This document shows, one piece after another, positions 10,561-21,224 of a stretch of DNA of 64,000 bases; the first letter of the stretch is position 1, and every line of letters begins with the position of its first letter. The DNA comes from Planctomycetota bacterium (lineage in GTDB: Bacteria > Planctomycetota > JAJSAM01 > JAJVHW01). Both the position numbers and the translations under genes were made by a program. Location: assembly GCA_965248445.1 (NCBI GenBank), contig CBDFJG010000004.1, positions 1,888,001 through 1,952,000 of the forward strand, in the 5' to 3' direction. The notes beneath the pieces are model-generated. The model did no database searches. It saw only the letters and a list, made by a program, of their open reading frames with translations, and was not told where the DNA came from.

Positions 10561-11811
10561 ATGCGGAGAGACGGACATCACCTGGGAGGAGACCGGCTGG
10601 GGAGCCGCGTCGCACCGAGCCCAGGACGACGTCCGCGCCGTCCAGGTCGACATCCGCGAATGGCGCTCGTGCTCCCGGGCGGCGGCGCCCGCGCCGCTTA
10701 TCAGGTCGGCTTCCTGCACGAACTCGTGCGACGCGTTCCCGACGTCCGCTTCGACGTCCTGCACGGCATCTCGGCCGGTGCAGTGAACGCGACGTTCCTC
10801 GCCAATCACGAGGGCAGCCTCGCCGATGCCGTGTCGGACCTCCGCGAGTTCTGGCTCGGACTGCGCTCCGAGGACGTGTTCCGCACCGACCCCGCCGCGC
10901 TCGCAAAGAGCGTGATCGCCTGGGCGGCTCGCCTCTTCTCGGGCGGAGCCGTGCGTCACCGCGCCCCCCGCGGGCTCGTGGATACGCGGCCGCTGCGCCG
11001 ACTGTTGCGCCGAGTGCTCGGCGCCGACTCGCGCGGCCGCTTGCCCGGCATCGAGGCGAATCTTGAAGCCGGCCGGCTGCGCGCCCTGGCTGTCACCGCG
11101 TCGAGCTACGCGGGCGATGGCTCCGTGACGTTCGTCGAGGGCGATCGCATCGCGACCTGGGCACGGCGGGGGCGGCGTGCCGTCCGCGCGCGCATCACCG
11201 TCGACCACGTGATGGCGTCGGCAGCCCTGCCTCTCGTGTTCCCGCCCGTCCGCGTCGGCGGGCACTGGTACGGGGACGGCGGCGTGCGGCTTTCCGCGCC
11301 ACTCTCCCCCGCCGTGCACCTGGGCGCAGACCGCATCCTCGCCATCACCACCAACGACGCCAGCCCTCCGCGTCACGCCGCTTCCTCGCGCCCGCCCTCC
11401 CCGGCGAGCGTGGCGGGGCAGACGCTCGACGCCGTTTTCCTCGACCTCCTCGAGCAGGACGCCCGCAGGATCGAGGTCGTGAACCGGCTCCTGGCCGCTG
11501 CGCCCCGTGAAGCGAGCGGGGGCCTGCGACCCGTGGAGCTCGTGGTGGCCCGGCCCCGCTCGGACCTGGCGGCAGCCGCCCGCGAACACGAGCGCAGCTC
11601 GCCCGAGCCGTTCCGCTTCCTCAGCCGCGGCTGGGGCACCGGCGAGGGCAAGAGCGGAGACGTTCTCTCCCTCCTGCTCTTCGAACGCGACTACATCGAG
11701 CAGCTGCTCGAAGCGGGCGCCCGCGACGCAGCGGCGCGTACGGACGAGATGGCGTTGCTGTTCCGCGGCGCGGAGCCGGAGACCGGCCGGGGCGCGGGGG
11801 CGGCCGCTTAG
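10561..11811 (+). CDS. Patatin-like phospholipase (start uncertain)
   Basis: GGGARAAY, GISAG nucleophile elbow, DGG motif. Confidence 0.88.
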   Translation: MRRDGHHLGGDRLGSRVAPSPGRRPRRPGRHPRMALVLPGGGARAAYQVGFLHELVRRVPDVRFDVLHGISAGAVNATFLANHEGSLADAVSDLREFWLGLRSEDVFRTDPAALAKSVIAWAARLFSGGAVRHRAPRGLVDTRPLRRLLRRVLGADSRGRLPGIEANLEAGRLRALAVTASSYAGDGSVTFVEGDRIATWARRGRRAVRARITVDHVMASAALPLVFPPVRVGGHWYGDGGVRLSAPLSPAVHLGADRILAITTNDASPPRHAASSRPPSPASVAGQTLDAVFLDLLEQDARRIEVVNRLLAAAPREASGGLRPVELVVARPRSDLAAAAREHERSSPEPFRFLSRGWGTGEGKSGDVLSLLLFERDYIEQLLEAGARDAAARTDEMALLFRGAEPETGRGAGAAA

Positions 11812-11840
11812 CGTCTTGGCCCGGCGGTAGCCTCGCCGAT

Positions 11841-12674
11841 GTGACCGTGAACCGGCCCCTCGACGCGACCCCGTTGCGGGCCCGCCTGCACGAGATCATC
11901 TTCGAGTCCGACACGCAGTCGGGGAAGTGGTTCGACGTCGGCCTCATGGTCGCTATCGGCCTGAGCGTCATCGTCGTGATGCTTGACTCCGTGCCGTCCG
12001 CACATGCGCAGTACGAGCCGGAACTCGCCGTCGCGGAGTGGTTCTTCACGGTCCTCTTCACCATCGAGTACGTGCTGCGGCTGTACTGCGTGGGCAAGCC
12101 GCTGCGCTACGCAACAAGCTTCTTCGGGATCGTGGATCTGCTCGCCATCGTGCCCACACCGCTCAGCGCGCTGTTCCCGCGCGCGGGCGCACTGTCGGTC
12201 GTGCGCACCCTGCGCATCCTGCGCGTGTTCCGCGTGCTCAAGCTGGTGCACTACCTGCACGAGTTGCGGGAGCTCGGCGCGGCGCTGCACGCGAGCCGCC
12301 GCAAGATCACGGTGTTCCTTTGCGCGGTGCTGACGATCGCCGTGATCCTCGGCTCGCTGATGTACGTCATCGAGGGCCACAACCCCGGAACGCGCTTCTC
12401 CAGCATCCCGCAGAGCGTGTACTGGGCGATCGTCACACTGACGACGGTGGGCTACGGCGACCTTTCTCCAGACACCCCGCTGGGCAAGGCCATGGCGTCG
12501 GTCATCATGATCCTGGGCTACAGCATCCTCGCTGTGCCGACAGGGATCATCTCCGTCGAGATCGCCCGCGTGAGCGACCGCGAGAGCGTCTCCGGACAGG
12601 CGTGCCCGGAGTGCTCCGGTGAAAGCCACGCGATCGACGCGAAGCACTGCAAGTACTGCGGAGCGCGACTCTGA
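11841..12674 (+). CDS. Voltage-gated potassium channel (ion transporter)
   Basis: S4 RTLRILRVFRVLK, TTVGYGD selectivity filter, C-terminal CxxC..CxxC. Confidence 0.93.
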   Translation: MTVNRPLDATPLRARLHEIIFESDTQSGKWFDVGLMVAIGLSVIVVMLDSVPSAHAQYEPELAVAEWFFTVLFTIEYVLRLYCVGKPLRYATSFFGIVDLLAIVPTPLSALFPRAGALSVVRTLRILRVFRVLKLVHYLHELRELGAALHASRRKITVFLCAVLTIAVILGSLMYVIEGHNPGTRFSSIPQSVYWAIVTLTTVGYGDLSPDTPLGKAMASVIMILGYSILAVPTGIISVEIARVSDRESVSGQACPECSGESHAIDAKHCKYCGARL

Positions 12675-12714
12675 CCGGTTGGAACAGCTACTCTCCAAGT
12701 CCTAGGAGAGCCAC

Positions 12715-12885
12715 ATGGACCGCCGGACGAAGAAGCGCATCGCGGGACTCCGCACCAAACTCGACACGCTCGCGAAAAAGCTGGCCGGCGCAAAGGCGCA
12801 GGCGGACGACCCGGGGGAGGTCGGACGCGTCGAGGCCCAGATCCAGCAGGCCAGGGACGAGATCACGCGATTGAAGTCTCAGTGA
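12715..12885 (+). CDS. Small coiled-coil protein (56 aa), absent from the ORF track
   Basis: AGGAGAG RBS; MDRRTKKRIAGLRTKLDTLAKKLAGAKAQADDPGEV...RLKSQ*. Confidence 0.7.
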   Translation: MDRRTKKRIAGLRTKLDTLAKKLAGAKAQADDPGEVGRVEAQIQQARDEITRLKSQ

Positions 12886-13406
12886 CGCCGCGTCTCTGAG
12901 CGCGCGCTGCGCGCCTGGCGTACGCCTGTAATACACCGCTGCAGTACACCGCTGACTTTCTCAGAAAGTCGAAACGAACCGCCGCCGTCGTGCGTCTGTT
13001 GAACTGGAGAGTGCGGAAGAGCGCGCCGAAGAGCGGCGGCCCGACCAGTGCACTCCAGCCGGTCCGTCTCGTTCGCCAGTCAGACTCTATGGGTGGCCCC
13101 GCCATACAGGCGGCTCACCTTGAGCTTGGTTCTGGCCTCGAGTGGGATACGGGTTCCAGCCGCGGGAAGCGCCCGCGGACGATCCACTCCGGCGGGTGGC
13201 CCTGTCATTCATGGGCTGCCCGCTCTGTGATTCCGGCCTGCGATTCTGGGCTCCGGGCCTGCGATTCCGCGCCAGCGACCCGAACGGTCAGGCTGCCGGT
13301 CCGGTTGGACATCACATCGCTCGGGCGGAATCGAGCACGGACTCGATCAGTTTGTCGGTCTTCGAGCCGCCGTCCCCGAGCATGCGCTACCCGGGAGGAG
13401 GCACTC

Positions 13407-14639
13407 GTGAACAAGGGACCCGTGATCATCTTGGTCGTCGTCGGACTCGTGGCCGGCTACTTCATCGGCAACGTCACCGGCGGCAGCACGCCCGACGAGG
13501 GCGCCGAGACAGAAACTGCCGATCTGAGCGAGCAAGTGACCCAGCTCGAGACCGATGTCCGCGCCGCGAAGACCGGCCGCCGCGAAGCCGAGAGCGCACT
13601 ACGCGACGCGCAGCGGCGCGAGATGGAAGCGGTCTCGCGCGCCGAGACGGCAGAGACCGCTCTCGCAACAGCCGAGGCTGCGGCGGAGGCCGCCGCGGTG
13701 AGCGCGGATGCGGGCGGAGAACGGGCGCAGTCCTTCCCCGTGTTCGAGCCGACGGCGCTCGGCGCCGAGGCACTGGAAGCGCTCGCCGACACGAAGTGGG
13801 ACAAGGTCGGGGGGCACATGGCGGCGATGGTCCCCGCTCTCGTCGGCCTCGGTGCCAGCACCGTCGCCGGAACGCCCATGGATCCGGCCACGATGCAGAT
13901 CGTGCAAGAGAACAACATGCCCCTGGCGGGCACGGCGATCCGCTTGACGGGCGCCGGTGTCCCGGGCATCGGGCCGAACGGCGCCTTCACCCACCCCGCA
14001 TTCATGGTCAACGCGATGGCCGCCGCGCTCGAGGCCGCGGAACTCCCGCTCAGCGACAAGCAGAACGAACGCTTCGCGACGCTCGGCGACGACTTCGTCG
14101 GTCGCTATGCCCGGCAACTGGAAGGCCACGGAGAGGACACGCTCACGCTGCGGAAGATGATCGACGAGACCGAGCTCAAACAGGCGCTCGTGACGAAGCT
14201 GCGGCTCGAGATGACGGCCGAACAGCTCGAAGCCCTGTCACCCGAGTCCGTGCGCGATCACGTGGGCATCGACCTGTTCAGCTCCGGCATCATCTGGGTC
14301 GGACGCCTTCGGCGGTTCCGGCACACCTCTCGCGACAACCTGGTGGATCGGCTGCAGAACGAGTTGCTGGCGACCGTCCCCGAGTCGGACACCGCGCCGG
14401 CGCTGGCGGAAATCCAGACCTGGGTGGACGGCCTGTCCAACGAGTTCCTCGAACACTCGGCAGACGAACTGGAGAAGCGCGGCTGGGGCACGCTCGAGCG
14501 GACACTCGCCTGCGCGAAGCAGTTCCTCGCGCTCATCGATCGTCTGTTCGATCGGGGCCAGTTGCCGGACACGGTGAAGGCGAGCATGAGCCAGAACTCA
14601 CAGGGCACGCTGATGCTCGACCGCCCCGCCACGGAGTGA
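13407..14639 (+). CDS. Membrane-anchored hypothetical protein with coiled coil
   Basis: [11 protein letters not shown] before GTG; N-terminal TM helix; Ala/Glu-rich coil. Confidence 0.75.
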   Translation: MNKGPVIILVVVGLVAGYFIGNVTGGSTPDEGAETETADLSEQVTQLETDVRAAKTGRREAESALRDAQRREMEAVSRAETAETALATAEAAAEAAAVSADAGGERAQSFPVFEPTALGAEALEALADTKWDKVGGHMAAMVPALVGLGASTVAGTPMDPATMQIVQENNMPLAGTAIRLTGAGVPGIGPNGAFTHPAFMVNAMAAALEAAELPLSDKQNERFATLGDDFVGRYARQLEGHGEDTLTLRKMIDETELKQALVTKLRLEMTAEQLEALSPESVRDHVGIDLFSSGIIWVGRLRRFRHTSRDNLVDRLQNELLATVPESDTAPALAEIQTWVDGLSNEFLEHSADELEKRGWGTLERTLACAKQFLALIDRLFDRGQLPDTVKASMSQNSQGTLMLDRPATE

Positions 14640-14643
14640 AGCG

Positions 14644-14988
14644 GTGACGAAGGCCGTCGACTGGTACTACCACCGCAACTCGTGAACGGGCTGCAAGCGC
14701 TCCGACGCGTTCATCGACGCGCGCGGCGTAACCGTCCGTGAGACGGTCAATGCGCACCGCCGCAAGTTCACCGCTGAGGAACTGAGCGGTCTGTTCCAGG
14801 GCGCTACGGCACTCCACGCCGCGCGCGGCAAGTCGGTGGTCTCGTTCGACCCGCGCAGCGACGGCGCCGACGAGATCGCGGCGAAGGTGCTCGGACGGTC
14901 CGGCACGCTGCGCGCCCCCGCGGCCCGCGTGGGCACGACGTGTCTCGTCGGGTTTCACGAAGAGATGTGGGCCCGCGTGATCGGCTGA
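14644..14988 (+). CDS. ArsC/Spx-family (seleno)protein with in-frame TGA in a UxxC motif
   Basis: MTKAVDWYYHRNS-TGA(14683-14685)-TGCKRSD...LGRSGTLRAPAARVGTTCLVGF; the frame stays open about 100 codons past the TGA. Confidence 0.8.
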
Positions 14989-14995
14989 CGCTGCG

Positions 14996-16474
14996 TCAGC
15001 GCGCAATCAGCGCGTCGCGATGCCGGTGCCACTTCGCGAGCAGCACGTCGGCGTCCTCGCCGTAGACCCGCGCGAGGTCGGCGAACGAGTCGCCGCCCGA
15101 ACCGCGACTCGGACCGCGGCCAGGACGACGGCTCGACATCAGACTCGTCAGCCGTTCGAGCGCCTTCGAACGGGTCTCCCCCCGGCGCTCGACGAGGTAG
15201 TGCACGAGCGACCATGACTCCGCGTACGCGAGACGGGCACCGGGACCGGAAAACGACCGGGTCGCCCAGCTGAGAAGATCGCGATCTGCGTGGAAGCTGC
15301 CCGCCACCTGCGCCGCGCGCAGCGTGGCGATGAGATCCTCCCGCCTCTCACCGAGTGACGGGGTCCGACCCGACAGATCGAACTCGAGGTACGTGGCAAA
15401 GCCCTCGTCGAGCCACATCGGCGGGACCATCGAACGTCCGTCCAGCGCAGCGTGGACGAGTTCGTGCGACACGGAACGGAGGAGCGTCGGCGACGGCCAT
15501 GCGGCGTGGATCACCAGCTTGGCCGACGCGTTGTCGCGCCCACCGCGTCGGCCGGAGCCCCGCGTGAAGCGGCGTTCCATGAATGCGCGCCCGACACTGC
15601 TCCCGGGGAACTTCACGCGACGCGTCGCCTCGTGTTCCTCAAACGTCCGGGTCAATCTGAGCACGAGCCCGTCACGCGGTAGCGCCGCCACGTGTTTCTC
15701 GGCGTGTTCGACCGCCCGCTCGATCAGCCGGCGCATCTTGTCAGGGAGCTTCGGACCGAGACTCGACTCGACGCGGACCCCGGCGACTTCGAACGTCCAC
15801 GCGATGCCGGCCTTCGGCTTGCGGCCGCGGGATCCGTCGAGCGCGAGATCCACGAGGTCGAGCCCGTGATCCACATCGCCCGCCGACGCCCCGGACTGAC
15901 CCGCACGGCGGAACGCCGAACGCGCGCGGGCGAGGTCGTGCCGCGCGTACTCGATGTACCCCATCTCGAGCTGGCACCACGCCGGATCGATCCCCGCGGA
16001 CAACGCGCGCCGGACGACCTTCAGCGCTTCGAAGTACTTCAGCCGGCCGCGCTCGGCCAGCGAGAGGTTCTTCCAGGCGCCGACCTGTTTCGGGTCGAGC
16101 TTCACAGCTCGTTCGAGTGACGACACGGCGTAGTCGAATTGTCCGTAGCGAAGTTGCACTGCGCCGAGTTGGGCGTGCCCCCACCCGTGGTTCGGCTGGA
16201 GGGCGACGAGGCGTTCGTATTGGACACCGGCCTGCTGGTGACTCCCGAGCCGATGGTGCGCGTACCCGCGGTACTCGAGCGCCACCACGTTGTCGGCATC
16301 GAGCGAGAGCAGGTTCTGTGTCCGGTTCAGAATCACCGTGAACCGGCCCGCGTCTGCCAGTGCCCGCAGTTCGGCCCGCAACGCGGCATCGGGGGTCTCC
16401 GCCTGCGCCACCCCGCCGAGGGCGGCCACCACGGCCAGGAGGGCGAGGGCGAACAGTGCGCGGGTCGGTCTCAT
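14996..16474 (-). CDS. Secreted TPR protein with a C-terminal zincin-like (HExxH...E) domain
   Basis: Signal peptide MRPTRALFALALL, TPR repeats, HELVH...PMWLDEGFATY, YAESWSLVHYL. Confidence 0.8.
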   Translation of the reverse strand: MRPTRALFALALLAVVAALGGVAQAETPDAALRAELRALADAGRFTVILNRTQNLLSLDADNVVALEYRGYAHHRLGSHQQAGVQYERLVALQPNHGWGHAQLGAVQLRYGQFDYAVSSLERAVKLDPKQVGAWKNLSLAERGRLKYFEALKVVRRALSAGIDPAWCQLEMGYIEYARHDLARARSAFRRAGQSGASAGDVDHGLDLVDLALDGSRGRKPKAGIAWTFEVAGVRVESSLGPKLPDKMRRLIERAVEHAEKHVAALPRDGLVLRLTRTFEEHEATRRVKFPGSSVGRAFMERRFTRGSGRRGGRDNASAKLVIHAAWPSPTLLRSVSHELVHAALDGRSMVPPMWLDEGFATYLEFDLSGRTPSLGERREDLIATLRAAQVAGSFHADRDLLSWATRSFSGPGARLAYAESWSLVHYLVERRGETRSKALERLTSLMSSRRPGRGPSRGSGGDSFADLARVYGEDADVLLAKWHRHRDALIAR

Positions 16475-16501
16475 GGCCTGTAGGGAGCGTACACTCTCCG
16501 G

Positions 16502-18136
16502 ATGAACGCACCCCGAGGCAGGTTGTTCCGGCGGATCGCCGGAACGCTGCTCGTGCTCTTCCTCGGCGGACTGGCCGTGAGCGCGGCAACGATCACGCTC
16601 CGCGGCGTGTTCTCCCCACCGGGAGACGCCACCGGCGCCGGTGAGACGGCGGACGGTGCGCCGGACCCGGAGATGGGCACGCGCCGTGAGCGCGTGCGGG
16701 TCACCCGTGCGACCGACGATGCAACAGCCCGTGCCGCGGCGGCATCGATCGACCGTCCCGGCGAGGAGCGCGCGACCGCTGAGCAACCGATCGTCGTCCT
16801 GGTCGCGACCGCCTCGGGCCAGCCGTTGCGTGGCCGCCTCGGCACGCGGGGCCGATCGCCGGACGGCAACGATGCGAACGTCCGCAAGGGAGGGCCGCGA
16901 TCCGTGCTCCCCGGCCGTCCCCCCGAGCTCGAGCTGAACGCATTCGTCGCCGCGGGACCGAGCGCGCCGGTGGATGCCGTCGAACTGGTGGGCAACAGGC
17001 ATCCGAAGCTCGAGGAGGGACTTCCGGTCGCGCTCACCGGACGGGTCGTGGACCTCGAACGCGGCGCGCCCATTTCCGGCGCGGCCGTCCACGTGACGTC
17101 GACGTTCTACGTGCGCAGATACCAGTACGACCACCACCTGCGCGAGGTCGCGCGCGTGCTGACCAACGCGAAGGGCGAGTACGAGATCCGCCGGCTGAAC
17201 GCCGATCCCGCCCACTTCGGTGAGGATGGTCGGATCGTGATCACGGTGCGCGCCGGGGGGTTCGCAGGGGCGGAGGCCATCCCGCTCGAGAACGTCAAGG
17301 CGGGGTTCGAAAGCGAACTGCCCGACGTCGTTCTCTCGCGCGAGACGCACGTGCTACGCGGCCGCGTCACCGACCATCACCAGAATCTCCCCGTCGAGGG
17401 AGCGCGCGTCGTCGCGACGGGCTCGGTCGACCCGGTCTCGTATCCGAAGGACCAGCGCGACGCGCTGTTCCTCGGCGCACCGGAGACCGTGACCGACGCA
17501 GACGGCCGTTTCGAGCTGAAGGGCCTCGGACCCGGCAAGCAGTGGGTGTCGCTGCACTACGGGAACGACTGCATCTCGAATCAGCTGTTCGAAGTTCCGA
17601 AACAGAACGACGTCACAATGCGGTCCCACCCGGCGCGTGGACGGATCACCGGCCGCGTAGTGGACATTGACGGCGTGCCCGTGTCGCTTGCAGTGATCGG
17701 CGGCGGTTGGAACAGCACGCACTCGTTTGCGGAGGGCGACTTCGTGCTCGAGAACTTCCATGGCGATCCCGTCGACCTGGACGTCGCACACCCGGACTAT
17801 CTGCCGGTGAAGCTGGGCGGCATCGCGGACGGGACAGAGGAACTGACGATCCGCCTCGAGAGGCGGCAGCCCCGCGTGCGACTGGACGTCCGCGACGCCG
17901 TGAGCGGGAAGTCGCTCCGGCACGTCACGGTGGAACTGCTCGCCAACGATGGCTCGGCGGTGCCGCTCACTTCCTCGCCCCACTACCTCGACGAGACGGG
18001 AGTGCACGAGGTGGTCCTGCCGGCCGAAATTGCGACGATCCGCGTCAGCGCGGCCGGGCACGAACTGCAGACTGCCGACGTGCGCGATCTGCGGGACGGC
18101 GACGAACGGACCCTCGTCCTCCGCCGCACGCAGTAG
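16502..18136 (+). CDS. Membrane-anchored protein with repeated carboxypeptidase-regulatory-like beta domains
   Basis: Repeated GRVVD..G.PI.GA.V and TDADGRFEL.GL motifs. Confidence 0.8.
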   Translation: MNAPRGRLFRRIAGTLLVLFLGGLAVSAATITLRGVFSPPGDATGAGETADGAPDPEMGTRRERVRVTRATDDATARAAAASIDRPGEERATAEQPIVVLVATASGQPLRGRLGTRGRSPDGNDANVRKGGPRSVLPGRPPELELNAFVAAGPSAPVDAVELVGNRHPKLEEGLPVALTGRVVDLERGAPISGAAVHVTSTFYVRRYQYDHHLREVARVLTNAKGEYEIRRLNADPAHFGEDGRIVITVRAGGFAGAEAIPLENVKAGFESELPDVVLSRETHVLRGRVTDHHQNLPVEGARVVATGSVDPVSYPKDQRDALFLGAPETVTDADGRFELKGLGPGKQWVSLHYGNDCISNQLFEVPKQNDVTMRSHPARGRITGRVVDIDGVPVSLAVIGGGWNSTHSFAEGDFVLENFHGDPVDLDVAHPDYLPVKLGGIADGTEELTIRLERRQPRVRLDVRDAVSGKSLRHVTVELLANDGSAVPLTSSPHYLDETGVHEVVLPAEIATIRVSAAGHELQTADVRDLRDGDERTLVLRRTQ

Positions 18137-18224
18137 TCCCGGAATCTCGGAGACTCTGGAATCCTGGCCGCCCGCAGCACGGGGAAGAGAACCTGCGGCA
18201 CCGCAGCAATGCAGGAGAAGAGCC

Positions 18225-19202
<978 letters not shown>

Positions 19203-19391
19203 GTGCGACCGGCCCCGGCAGTTCGAGTCCGATACCGCCGATGTAACCCCGCGCGCCCCCCGAGCGTCCTCCCCCTGAAGGGTGGGTGGGGGTTTGGGAT
19301 GGCCTCGCACCACGCGCCCGCACCTCCTGGGCATCCGCACCTCCTGGAAACCGCTGGTAGGTTGGATCACGACGTTGACCGGAGACACGAC

Positions 19392-20294
19392 ATGCGCGCT
19401 TCCATCACCTTGCTGCTGACCACTCTCGCCCTGGCGCTCGCATCGGTCGCCGGCCCGGCGCCCGCCGTGGCCAAGGGCAATCCACTGTCCGTCGCGCGCA
19501 AGCAGACGGTCGTCGACTTCAAGCAGACCACGAAGGAGGCGGAGAAGACCTTCAACGCCGCTGTCGCCAACCTCACCAAGGGCCTCTCCAAGGGCACCAC
19601 CGACGCCGAGGCCGCGGCAACCGGATTTGGCGCTGCGCTGGGATTCTACGCGTCGAGTCTCGTGTCCGCCGCAGATGACGCCGCCACCGAAGGCGCCGAT
19701 ACACTCTCGATCGTGATGGCGGAGGCCGGCGACGACGACCTCGACGGCGCTCAGGGCGGCGACGGCGGGCAACTCGACGGGCTCTTCGCCGACCTGCAGA
19801 AGGAGCTCGACCGCCTCCGCAAGCGCGCACTCAAGCGCTCCCGGAAGTTCACGAAGACGTTCGCGAAGAAGGGTGGTTCGTTCGCGCGCATGCGCGTGGT
19901 GCTGGCCGCGTGGACGCTCGATCCGCGCGCGGTGCCCACTGCCGGCGGCGCGGACCTCGTCGGTGAGCGGCGCCTGCAGTTCCTCGGAGCGGTGGCGTCA
20001 CGCCTGAACGACAGCCGCGTGATCGTGAGTGCGTTCGGTGCTGCGGATCCGACGCACTCCGAGCAGTTCGACGTGCGGATCTCCGGGCCGCAGCAGCTCG
20101 GTATCGGCGAGTTCGTCTCCGACGGGGGCATGCCCGTCGGACTCGACGGCCGGTGGCTGCAGACCGTGGATCTGGGCACCGGACCCGCTCCTGGAAACCG
20201 ATCCGTGCTGCTGGGCACCGAGCCCGAGGATCTGGGCCTCGCAGGGCTGCAGCCGACGCGGCTCGTACACGCCGGGACACTGAGCATCCCCTGA
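19392..20294 (+). CDS. Secreted hypothetical protein
   Basis: GGAGA RBS, signal peptide, GC-typical codon usage. Confidence 0.75.
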   Translation: MRASITLLLTTLALALASVAGPAPAVAKGNPLSVARKQTVVDFKQTTKEAEKTFNAAVANLTKGLSKGTTDAEAAATGFGAALGFYASSLVSAADDAATEGADTLSIVMAEAGDDDLDGAQGGDGGQLDGLFADLQKELDRLRKRALKRSRKFTKTFAKKGGSFARMRVVLAAWTLDPRAVPTAGGADLVGERRLQFLGAVASRLNDSRVIVSAFGAADPTHSEQFDVRISGPQQLGIGEFVSDGGMPVGLDGRWLQTVDLGTGPAPGNRSVLLGTEPEDLGLAGLQPTRLVHAGTLSIP

Positions 20295-20318
20295 TCGGCG
20301 CGGACGCCGTGCTCGCGG

Positions 20319-21224
20319 TCAGTCGGGGAACGAGATCGTCGCGAGGAGCGGGGCGGTCTCGGGGTCTTCCTGCGTGCGCACCCACTGCGTCACGGGGTCC
20401 TCGCCCTCCTCGGGATCGAACATGTCGATCACCTCGAAGTTGAGCGTGATGTTCTTGCCCTTGATGTAGTAGTTCCGCCGCCGGATGGTCTTCTCCAGAT
20501 CGACGTCGAAGCCCTGCACGTAGTAGTAGTACGAGCGCGTGATCTCCTTGTTGAGGCGCTTCGTCTGCACCTTCGTACTCGCCTTGCGACCCTTCTTGGA
20601 CATCGAGTCGCGGTCCAGTTCGTGCATTTCCTTGGCGAGCTTCTTGTAGTTCTCTCCGCCGACGCCCGAGTAGATGGTGTCCCAGCGATACGCCCACACC
20701 TTGATGTGGCGTACGGTGTCGCCGTCGGGCGTCTTCCGGTAGATCTGCGTGGCGAGCTGATCGCCGTCTCCGCGGCCCGGCGTCCACAAGCCACTGTACG
20801 GCACCCCGAACCTTGCGCCCCGCACCTGCAGGAAGGGCCTGAGGGCGTACCGGTCCTTGGGCTTCAGACCGTGGTAGTGGGAGACGGTGAGGAGTTCGTT
20901 CCACATGCTCGCAAGGCGGCCGGCCCCGCGAGGAGTCTCGATGCCGCTCCCCTTGGGCGCGGCGTACGCCGTCACCACGGCCTTCGCTGCATCGCGGTGC
21001 GTGTCGAGCAGCGCCTTCAACTGCTTCTTCACGTCGCCATCGCCCTGCTTCACGGTCCGCGCCTTCTTGATGATCTCCGTTGCGGCGGCGATCGGGTCCA
21101 CCGCTTCGGCGGCGTCGCCCTCCTCGGCGTGCGCGGGGCCGAACAGCAGCGCAGCGGCCAGGCACAGTCCGAGTGTTCCGCTCCACCAGAGTCGTGGCTT
21201 CAATCGCATCCCGATCTCCCTCAC
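20319..21224 (-). CDS. Secreted hypothetical protein
   Basis: Signal peptide ending AHA; overlaps the stop of the upstream vWA gene. Confidence 0.75.
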   Translation of the reverse strand: MREIGMRLKPRLWWSGTLGLCLAAALLFGPAHAEEGDAAEAVDPIAAATEIIKKARTVKQGDGDVKKQLKALLDTHRDAAKAVVTAYAAPKGSGIETPRGAGRLASMWNELLTVSHYHGLKPKDRYALRPFLQVRGARFGVPYSGLWTPGRGDGDQLATQIYRKTPDGDTVRHIKVWAYRWDTIYSGVGGENYKKLAKEMHELDRDSMSKKGRKASTKVQTKRLNKEITRSYYYYVQGFDVDLEKTIRRRNYYIKGKNITLNFEVIDMFDPEEGEDPVTQWVRTQEDPETAPLLATISFPD

